The position numbers and the translations under genes were made by a program. 38,495 nt of DNA from Candidatus Berkelbacteria bacterium (lineage in GTDB: Bacteria > Patescibacteriota > UBA1384 > UBA12157). This document shows, piece after piece, positions 25,808-33,267 of the stretch. Under the pieces are notes generated by a model, which made no database searches, was not told the DNA's origin, and saw nothing but the letters and a program-made list of their open reading frames with translations. Position 1 is the stretch's first letter; the number at the start of each line of letters is the position of its first letter. The DNA is taken from contig JBAXXI010000004.1 of assembly GCA_037127955.1 (NCBI GenBank), positions 1 to 38,495 on the forward strand. Reading direction: 5' to 3'.

Positions 25808-27789
25808 TTATATTAATACCTATCATTTATACTTTATTCTATGTTTTGATTAACCTTATATTAGGTTTATTTTTGGTTAAACTATTTTTCAAAGATCAGG
25901 CTAATTGGTCGAATTTAGTCAAAATCTGTACCGCATTTTTACTTGGACTGAGTGTGCTGGCGGCCGTTTGGCTTTTATTAGGTTTAGACGGTTGGTTAAA
26001 CCTAAAAATCGTTTTAGCAATTTTGATAGTGATAATTGGTTTAACTTGGTCTGTTTGGCAAGAGGCGATCAATCTGATTAAAAATATTTATTTTAGTATT
26101 ATTAATAATTTCGAGAATTTTTCGATTTTTTGGAAAATAATTAGTATTATTTTAGTTTTACTGATCATATTTTTTGGTATAAATGCCTTGATTTTACCAC
26201 CAATTGGTGATGCTTTGGCTTTTTATATGGTTTTGCCAAAAATCACAGCTTATACTGGTTTGCTTCAGCCACAATCAAATTATTGGGAATTTTCAGGTAT
26301 TGGTTTTCTGGGCGAGATGCATTTTACAGTTTTGTTGATTTTAGCTGGTCAGTTTGCGGCTAAATTTTTTGTCTGGTTCGTGGTCTTGGCCGTTGGCGGT
26401 TTGATTGTTTTAATTTCAAGATTGACTAATTTAAAGTATAAAGGCCAAATTTTAGCTTTAATTCTATTATTCACATCTTCAACTTTTACTAATTATATCT
26501 TCGATGGTAAAACAGATGTTTTTAGTGCAGCACTCGGTTTAATGACATACTACTGGCTATTAAAAATTGAATCTAAAGACCGATCAAGTATAATTTTAAC
26601 TGGTTTGTTTATGGGTTTTGCGATTGTGGCAAAAACCTCAAATGTTATCGCATTATTGCCGGGAGTATTTGTCGTTTTAGGTTGGAATTATTACAAAGAA
26701 TTGATTGGCCGAAAGAATTTTTGTTCAGATTGGATCAAAAAGACTGTTATTACTTTTGGTCTTGTTCTAATTTTTGCTTTATTGGCTTTCTCGCCTCAAA
26801 TTGTCAAAAATAAGGTTTTTTATGGTAAAAATTTTAATATCTCATCGTTTATGGGAATGAGTCATGAAGAAGTTTGGGCCGATTCAGCTTTAAAAAAGGC
26901 TCCAGCTGTTTCGATTAATGAAACCAAGTCGATTTCAACAACCATCGGTGAGCCTAATCATAGTAAAATTACCGTTCCTGTTTTAGTGAGAATGTTTGAT
27001 TTTATGCTTAAAATATATCAGAATATTGAGCACTTTTTCTTGTTATTTTTAACTAGACCTTTAGCTTTTGTCTATGGTGGTCAATATGCTCAATACGGTG
27101 ATCTATCAGTATTAATTTTAGCGTTTTTACCGATTTGGTTAATTGAACGATCAAATAATTTTATAGATAAAAAAATTCTAACACTTGCTTTAATTGGTTT
27201 AATTTTATGGGTGTTAATTCGTTCTTCCTTGATAATGCCAAGATATATCATGTCGGCAATTTTACTTTGGGTAATAATAGTTGCCGGCGGTGTCGAGAAA
27301 TTTTTTCGTCAAAAAGGTTATTTACTCTTAAAATATTTAGTTTACAGTATGATTACAATTATTATTTGTGTAACATTGGCCGGGAATTTTAACCGATTCA
27401 AGAAGTTTGTTCTAATTGTTGCTGGTAAATTGCCGTCAACTTCGGTTAATGGGGTTTACTATCAGTCCTTAGAAGCGATTAATCTGAAGGCAAATAATAA
27501 CGAAAGAGTTTTTATTGTTGGAGCATATGATTATTTCTTGAGGCCAGATTTATTGGCAAATTTTAATTCGGCAAAGGAAAGTGACGAATTATTTTTAATG
27601 ACGGTTAATAATGTTAATCCGTGGAATTATCTTTATGATCATAATTTTAAATACATTTTAATTCAAAGGACAAACCCAAATTATCGTTTGATTAAAGTTT
27701 TTGATACCGCCGAAAAGCCAGCGGATTTAAATATAGTTTTAATCTATCATGATTATACCGGCGATGTTTATTCGATTAGTAAACCTTGA
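25804..27789 (+). CDS. Large polytopic membrane protein, GT-C-like (PMT_2/ArnT-like) glycosyltransferase or polymerase candidate
   Basis: About 660 aa with more than 10 hydrophobic segments, an Asp-containing first loop (LILPPIGDALAFYM) and a soluble C-terminal region. ATG 25804 forms an ATGA overlap with the upstream stop; the ORF is open from 25777. Confidence 0.45.
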   Translation: MIILIPIIYTLFYVLINLILGLFLVKLFFKDQANWSNLVKICTAFLLGLSVLAAVWLLLGLDGWLNLKIVLAILIVIIGLTWSVWQEAINLIKNIYFSIINNFENFSIFWKIISIILVLLIIFFGINALILPPIGDALAFYMVLPKITAYTGLLQPQSNYWEFSGIGFLGEMHFTVLLILAGQFAAKFFVWFVVLAVGGLIVLISRLTNLKYKGQILALILLFTSSTFTNYIFDGKTDVFSAALGLMTYYWLLKIESKDRSSIILTGLFMGFAIVAKTSNVIALLPGVFVVLGWNYYKELIGRKNFCSDWIKKTVITFGLVLIFALLAFSPQIVKNKVFYGKNFNISSFMGMSHEEVWADSALKKAPAVSINETKSISTTIGEPNHSKITVPVLVRMFDFMLKIYQNIEHFFLLFLTRPLAFVYGGQYAQYGDLSVLILAFLPIWLIERSNNFIDKKILTLALIGLILWVLIRSSLIMPRYIMSAILLWVIIVAGGVEKFFRQKGYLLLKYLVYSMITIIICVTLAGNFNRFKKFVLIVAGKLPSTSVNGVYYQSLEAINLKANNNERVFIVGAYDYFLRPDLLANFNSAKESDELFLMTVNNVNPWNYLYDHNFKYILIQRTNPNYRLIKVFDTAEKPADLNIVLIYHDYTGDVYSISKP

Positions 27790-27793
27790 CTTT

Positions 27794-27822
27794 TTGATTT
27801 TTTTCTAATCCTTCCATATATT
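27794..27822 (+). promoter_or_regulatory. Candidate internal promoter for the 6-deoxy-L-HexNAc module
   Basis: TTGATT (27794-27799), 17 nt of spacer, TATATT (27817-27822). Confidence 0.35.
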
Positions 27823-27853
27823 AGTATTAACAGCTTAAGGCGAAAGGTGTAGA

Positions 27854-28744
27854 GTGAAAAAGACAATTTTGGTTCTAGGAGCAACAGGGGAGTTTGGCAA
27901 TGGTATATTTCAGAGTCTTTTAAAGTATAAAGATTTCGAAGTTTTTGGTACAGCCAAAAATGATGAAGCCAGTCTTTATTTTGACTCAAAAGTTGCGGCC
28001 AAAGTGTTTAATTTTGTTCAAATCGAAAATGAACCAAAGTTAATCGAGATTTTTAATCAGATAAAACCAGACGTGGTCATTAATTGTGTTGGTCTGATTA
28101 AGCAGGTGATGGGTGAATTTGACGCGCCTAAAGCAATTTTTATGAATGCGCTTTTTCCTCATAAACTAGCCAGTCTTTGCGGGTTAATGGGGGCAAGATT
28201 GATTCATTTTAGTACCGATTGTGTTTTTAGCGGTAAAAAGGGCAATTACAAGGAAATCGATGCTTCTGACGCCGAAGATGTTTACGGTAAGACCAAATAC
28301 TTGGGCGAGATAAGCAATTTGCCACACGTGATCACAATTCGAACCTCGATTATTGGCCATAGTTACGATAATCATTTACAATTGGTTGATTGGTTTTTGG
28401 CTCAAAAAGATAAGACCAAAGGCTATACCAAGGTGATTTATTCTGGACTACCAACTGTAGAAATGGGCCGAATTTTAGCCGAATATATTATTCCTAATCA
28501 TAGAGTTAAAGGTTTGTATCAGGTTTCGTCTGATCCGATTAGCAAGTATGATTTATTAAAACTCATTGCTAAAGAATACGGTAAAAAGATTGAAATTGAA
28601 CCTTATGAATCGGCGGTAAGCGACCGTTCGCTTGATTCGACCAAGTTTAGAAAAATTTCGGGTTATATGCCACCAACCTGGTCAGTTTTAGTTAAAAAAA
28701 TGCATCAATATTATAAAAAAGATAAAAAATTTATTCAGATTTAA
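27854..28744 (+). CDS. RmlD-like NAD(P)H-dependent 4-keto-6-deoxy sugar reductase (WbvR-like by context)
   Basis: GTG start after AAGGTG. ILVLGATGEFG, STDCVFSGKKGNYKE, YGKTKYLGE (YxxxK). 296 aa. Confidence 0.7.
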   Translation: MKKTILVLGATGEFGNGIFQSLLKYKDFEVFGTAKNDEASLYFDSKVAAKVFNFVQIENEPKLIEIFNQIKPDVVINCVGLIKQVMGEFDAPKAIFMNALFPHKLASLCGLMGARLIHFSTDCVFSGKKGNYKEIDASDAEDVYGKTKYLGEISNLPHVITIRTSIIGHSYDNHLQLVDWFLAQKDKTKGYTKVIYSGLPTVEMGRILAEYIIPNHRVKGLYQVSSDPISKYDLLKLIAKEYGKKIEIEPYESAVSDRSLDSTKFRKISGYMPPTWSVLVKKMHQYYKKDKKFIQI

Positions 28745-28780
28745 ATTCAGTATGAATTGTATCTGCTTGTCAGGAGAATC

Positions 28781-29851
28781 ATGTCGTTATTTGGAAGGAA
28801 AAGAATCTTAATTACTGGTGGAACTGGTTCATTAGGTAAAATTTTAGTGCGACGATTATTGAGTGGTGACGAAGGTCGTCCAGAAAAAATCATCATTTTT
28901 TCTCGAGATGAAGCTAAACAACACGACATGCGTTTAGAGTATCAGCATAAAAAAGTGGCGACTGACGAGGTGATTTATAATAATTTTCATCAGCTGGTCG
29001 AGTTTAGAATTGGTGATGTGCGTGATTATGAGTCAATTTGTTCGGCCATGAAAGATGTTGATATGGTGATCAATGCCGCGGCCTTAAAACAAGTGCCAAG
29101 TTGTGAATACTTTCCATTTGAAGCTGTAAAAACCAATATTATTGGTTCGGAAAATATTGTTAGAGTCCTTCGAGAGCATAATTATCCGATCGAAACAGTT
29201 GTAGGTATTTCGACCGATAAAGCTTGTCAGGCCGTCAGTTTGATGGGTATGACTAAAGCTGTCCAAGAAAGAATTTTCATTAGCGCCAATATTTTAGTAC
29301 CAAATACTCGGTTTATTTGTATCCGTTATGGTAATGTTTTGGCTTCTCGTGGTTCGATTATTCCACTTTTGCATCAACAGATTTTAGATGGCGGTCCAGT
29401 TACTATCACTGCTGAAGAGATGACCAGATTTTTATTGCCATTAGAGCAAGCCGTGGATGTGATTTTTGAAGCAATTCGAAATGCGAATCGTGGTGAAATT
29501 TATATTCCTAAGATTAAATCATCTTTAATTATGAATATTGCCAAGGCTTTAATTGGTAAGCGCAAGGTAGATATCAAGGTAACAGGTATCCGTCCAGGGG
29601 AGAAAATGCATGAAGTTTTAATTTCTCAAGAGGAAGCTTGGTATACGGTTGAGCGAGAAGGCTATTATGTGGTTAAGTCGTTTTTGCCTGAATTAACCGA
29701 GATTTCGAAAGAGCCGTTTGTCAGCAAAGGTAATGAGTATAGTTCAGGTGACTCACCGATGGATTTTGAAGAAACTTTAGACGTTTTAAAGAAAAATAAA
29801 TTAATGATCGAAGATAATCACAGTTTGTTTGAAGAAGAATTGTTAAGATAA
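28781..29851 (+). CDS. UDP-GlcNAc 4,6-dehydratase/5-epimerase, CapE/FnlA/WbjB/WbvB type
   Basis: ATG 28781 follows AGGAG. ILITGGTGSLG, IFSRDEAKQ, AAALKQVPSCEYFPFEAVKTNIIGSEN, STDKA, MGMTKAV (Met replaces the SDR Tyr, as in CapE), YGNVLASRGSIIP, MTRFL. Confidence 0.85.
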   Translation: MSLFGRKRILITGGTGSLGKILVRRLLSGDEGRPEKIIIFSRDEAKQHDMRLEYQHKKVATDEVIYNNFHQLVEFRIGDVRDYESICSAMKDVDMVINAAALKQVPSCEYFPFEAVKTNIIGSENIVRVLREHNYPIETVVGISTDKACQAVSLMGMTKAVQERIFISANILVPNTRFICIRYGNVLASRGSIIPLLHQQILDGGPVTITAEEMTRFLLPLEQAVDVIFEAIRNANRGEIYIPKIKSSLIMNIAKALIGKRKVDIKVTGIRPGEKMHEVLISQEEAWYTVEREGYYVVKSFLPELTEISKEPFVSKGNEYSSGDSPMDFEETLDVLKKNKLMIEDNHSLFEEELLR

Positions 29852-29911
29852 AACAGAAATTCGCCTACGGGTATAAATATCGAGATCTGAAAAAAGAAAA
29901 GGAAAATTAAT

Positions 29912-30031
29912 ATGAAGGTAATGACAATCGTGGGGACTCGTCCGGAAATTATGGATTCATCTGCGGATGAATCGCGGAAATTTCCTCTAACCATAAATTA
30001 TATTAGCACGATCAAGAAAGGTTCATTATGA
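29912..30031 (+). other. 39-codon upstream ORF: a duplicated SD plus first 13 codons of the downstream 2-epimerase, fused to a repeat element
   Basis: Encodes MKVMTIVGTRPEI MDSSADESRKFPLTINYISTIKKGSL. Its TGA (30029-30031) overlaps the epimerase ATG (30028-30030). SD-like AAGGAA lies at 29899-29904. Confidence 0.6.
29951..29982 (+). repeat. Short copy of the ATGGATT-hairpin-AATCGCGGAAATT element
   Basis: ATGGATTCATC TGCG GATGAATC GCGGAAATT. 8-bp stem 29954-29961 / 29966-29973 with a tetraloop. Confidence 0.6.
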
Positions 30032-31155
30032 AAGTAATGACTATTGTTGGTACGCGTCCGGAAATTATTAAGCTGAGTCGGGTGATGGCTGAATTAGATA
30101 AATTTACAGATCATATCATTGTTCACACTGGGCAAAATTATGATTATGAATTAAACGAAATCTTTTTCGAGCAATTAGAGGTTCGTAAACCTGATTATTT
30201 TTTGGATGCGGCCGGGAAAACCACGGCCGAAACCATTGGTAATATTATTGCTAAGGCCGATGAAGTGATGGCTAAAGAAAACCCTGATGCAGTCTTGCTT
30301 TATGGTGATACTAATAGTTGTTTGTCGGTTATTGCCGCTAAAAAACGTCATATTCCGATTTTCCATATGGAAGCTGGCAATCGTTCGTTTGATCAAAGAG
30401 TGCCTGAAGATATCAATCGAAAGATTGTTGATCATTTGAGTGATATTAATATGCCTTTATCTGAACATGCTCGCCGATATCTGATTGCCGAAGGTATAAA
30501 AGCTGAAAATGTGATCAAAACAGGTTCAAGCATGAAAGAAGTTTTAGCTTATTATGCTGATAAAATTGAATCAGTTGATCCGGTTAAAGATTTAAAACTC
30601 AAGGAAGGTAAATTTTTTATTGTGAGCGCTCACAGGGAAGAAAATATTGATAGCGAGGAAAATTTTACTAACTTAATCAAGTCATTAAAAGCTATCGCAA
30701 AACACTATAAAATGCCAGTGATTGTTTCGACTCACCCAAGGACTAAAAAGAAATTGGAAGAATATGGTATTAAAAAAATTAACGAAAATATCAGATTTTT
30801 AAAGCCAATGGGGTTTTTCGAGTATATTAAGCTTCAATTAAGTAGTTATTGTGTTGTTTCAGATAGCGGAACCATTACGGAAGAGTCATCGATTCTGAAT
30901 TTCCCAGCTATTATGATTCGGCAGGCTCACGAGCGTCCAGAAGGCATGGACGAAACCATAGTCATTATGTCTGGTTTGGAACCTAAAAAGGTCTTAGAGG
31001 CGATTCAGGTGGTTACCAAGCAGTATGTAAAAGAGCCACGGGCTTTTAAACCGGTAGCGGACTATGAAGTAGATAATGTTAGTAAAAAAGTTTTAAGAAT
31101 CATTTTAAGTTATACCGACTATATTAATCGCACCGTTTGGCGCAAGGATAAATAA
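30028..31155 (+). CDS. Non-hydrolysing UDP-HexNAc 2-epimerase, CapG/FnlC/WbjD/WbvD type (WecB family)
   Basis: MKVMTIVGTRPEIIKLS, VHTGQNYDYELNEIFF, YGDTNSCLS, HMEAGNRSFDQRVPEDINRKIVDH. Closely resembles Cap5G-type epimerases. Confidence 0.9.
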   Translation: MKVMTIVGTRPEIIKLSRVMAELDKFTDHIIVHTGQNYDYELNEIFFEQLEVRKPDYFLDAAGKTTAETIGNIIAKADEVMAKENPDAVLLYGDTNSCLSVIAAKKRHIPIFHMEAGNRSFDQRVPEDINRKIVDHLSDINMPLSEHARRYLIAEGIKAENVIKTGSSMKEVLAYYADKIESVDPVKDLKLKEGKFFIVSAHREENIDSEENFTNLIKSLKAIAKHYKMPVIVSTHPRTKKKLEEYGIKKINENIRFLKPMGFFEYIKLQLSSYCVVSDSGTITEESSILNFPAIMIRQAHERPEGMDETIVIMSGLEPKKVLEAIQVVTKQYVKEPRAFKPVADYEVDNVSKKVLRIILSYTDYINRTVWRKDK

Positions 31156-31179
31156 GATTTCTGTTAGTTAAGGTTAAAT

Positions 31180-33261
31180 ATGAAACAAAACCCTAAGGTT
31201 TCAATTATTATTCCGGTTTATAATGGCTCAAATTATTTGAAGGATGCTATTGATATTTCTTTAGCTCAAACCTATAAAAATATTGAGGTGATTGTTGTAA
31301 ACGACGGGTCAAAAGACCAAGGTGCAACCGATAAAATTGCCCGATCTTATGGAACGAAAATTCGTTATTTTAAAAAAACCAATGGCGGTGTTTCAACAGC
31401 CTTAAACCTTGGTATTAAAGAAATGAAGGGTGATTATTTCTCTTGGCTTAGTCATGACGATCTTTACACCCCCGATAAAATCGAAAAACAGATTAAAGCT
31501 ATTCAAAAATACGGTCCCAAGACCTTGATTTATTGTAATTTTGAGATATTGGATCAATTTGGTAATCATTTACAAACACATAAGATTCAACCGCCAAAAC
31601 AATCAGAATTACTACTTTCTTTAATTAAGGGCCGATTTTTGCACGGTTGTGCTCTTTTAATTCCTAAAATGGCTTTTGACGAAGTGGGCTTGTTTGATCG
31701 AAGATTACGAAACACTCAAGACTTTGAGGTTTGGTTTAAAATGATTAAAGCTGGCTATGCTTTTAAATTTATACCTGATGTTTTGGTTAAAAGTCGACAC
31801 CATAATCAACAAACTTCGATGACAACGAGTGATCGACAAATTTACGAAGAAAATTATTTTTATTCAGCGACTTTAAAGAATTTTTCGGCCAAAGAATTGT
31901 TTGGCTCGGATGAACATATTAGTTTAAAATATCTGGATTTAGCTTCATTTTTCAAATTTTCAGGGACTAATAAGGCAGCTGATACGGCTTATGAATTAAG
32001 TCGTAAATATCTAAATTCACAAGATTATATGGCTTGGCACCTGGGAAACATTTTTTATTCTTTAGCGCCAAAATCTTTTTTTAATTTTTTACGCGCTTGT
32101 GCTCGGATTGTTCGTGGTCTCAAGAGAAGATATCAAAAAGGATTTAAAAAAAAAGTAGTTAAATCTGAGCTAAAAACCGCAGATCATAGAAAAATTAAAT
32201 TGCTCTTGATTGGTAACATCACTTCTCCTCATAATCAAAAAAGATGTCATTATCTAAAAAAACTCGGTTTAGAAATATATTTTTTAACCACCAGAAAAGG
32301 CAAGATCGATGGAGTTAAAACCTATGAAATAGTTAAAAATGAACTTGAGCCAGTTTTCATGTGGTTTTTGCGTGGTATTTTTGTTACTAAGAAAGTTATA
32401 AAAATAGTTCAGCCTGATATTGTTCAAGGTCAATATCTTTTGCCTGGAGGTTTGTGGGCAGCATTTTCTGGTTTTCATCCATACATTGCTTCTGTTTGGG
32501 GATCAGATGTTTTCGATTTTGACAGTTATAATTTTTTAGTTAAAAGTTTAGTTCGAGGAACTCTAAAATCGGCTGATATAATTTTGGCTAGTTCACAAGC
32601 TTTAGTTGATCAGGCGATTAAGATTGGAGCTGATCAGAAGAAAGTCGAAATAGTTTATTTTGGAGTTGATTCTAAAATTTTTAAACCTAAAAAAATTAAG
32701 CATAGCGGTAAGATAATTTATTGTCCGCGAGCGATTGAGTCAATTTACAATACTGACGTTCTGATTAAGGCGTTTGCGCAAATCGTAGTTAAATATCCAG
32801 ATACAAAACTTGCTCTGATGGATTTCGTAAACGACCGAAGTTATTTTTATAAAATTAAACAGTATATTAAAGAGCACAAATTAAGTCGAAAAATAGTTTT
32901 TTGGCCAAAAGTAGCTAATGCGGATATGGCTAAATACTATAATCAGGCCGATGTTGTGGCAACCATTGCCGCCTATGATGGCTCGAACATCTCATTATTA
33001 GAAGCAATGGCTTGTCAGAAAAAGATTGTAGTTTCTGAAGCCCCATATCTTAAAAAATGGCAAAAAGGTCGTAATTTCTGGGTTGTACCAGCAGGAAATG
33101 TCGAAAAAACGGCCCAAGCTTTAGAAGCGGCTTTAGTTTGTTCTGATGAAAAATTTGAATCAATCGGACAATTGAACCGAGCAATGGTGATTGATCGAGA
33201 AGATAGTCCAACAGTTCATAAAAGATTCGAAGAAATATATCAAAAAATATTAAAGGGTTAA
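31180..33261 (+). CDS. Two-domain glycosyltransferase (N-terminal GT2 + C-terminal GT4-like, 693 aa)
   Basis: GT2 domain: VSIIIPVYNGSNYLKDAIDISLAQTYKNIEVIVVNDGS, WLSHDD. The C-terminal domain from about aa 337 (WGSDVF, YCPRAIESIYNTDVLIKA, SLLEAMACQKKIVVSE) is paralogous to the C-terminal half of 10447-12717. Confidence 0.75.
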   Translation: MKQNPKVSIIIPVYNGSNYLKDAIDISLAQTYKNIEVIVVNDGSKDQGATDKIARSYGTKIRYFKKTNGGVSTALNLGIKEMKGDYFSWLSHDDLYTPDKIEKQIKAIQKYGPKTLIYCNFEILDQFGNHLQTHKIQPPKQSELLLSLIKGRFLHGCALLIPKMAFDEVGLFDRRLRNTQDFEVWFKMIKAGYAFKFIPDVLVKSRHHNQQTSMTTSDRQIYEENYFYSATLKNFSAKELFGSDEHISLKYLDLASFFKFSGTNKAADTAYELSRKYLNSQDYMAWHLGNIFYSLAPKSFFNFLRACARIVRGLKRRYQKGFKKKVVKSELKTADHRKIKLLLIGNITSPHNQKRCHYLKKLGLEIYFLTTRKGKIDGVKTYEIVKNELEPVFMWFLRGIFVTKKVIKIVQPDIVQGQYLLPGGLWAAFSGFHPYIASVWGSDVFDFDSYNFLVKSLVRGTLKSADIILASSQALVDQAIKIGADQKKVEIVYFGVDSKIFKPKKIKHSGKIIYCPRAIESIYNTDVLIKAFAQIVVKYPDTKLALMDFVNDRSYFYKIKQYIKEHKLSRKIVFWPKVANADMAKYYNQADVVATIAAYDGSNISLLEAMACQKKIVVSEAPYLKKWQKGRNFWVVPAGNVEKTAQALEAALVCSDEKFESIGQLNRAMVIDREDSPTVHKRFEEIYQKILKG

Positions 33262-33267
33262 TTCGTT

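Noticed and set aside
32146-32154. An A9 homopolymer in the linker between the GT2 and GT4 domains as a slipped-strand phase-variation switch. Similar A7-A8 runs occur at about 7890-7907 and 25727-25734.
   Set aside because: Poly-A runs encoding Lys-rich linkers are common in this AT-rich sequence. The runs are short for efficient slippage, and a single sequence gives no evidence of length variation. This would only be worth checking in read-level data.
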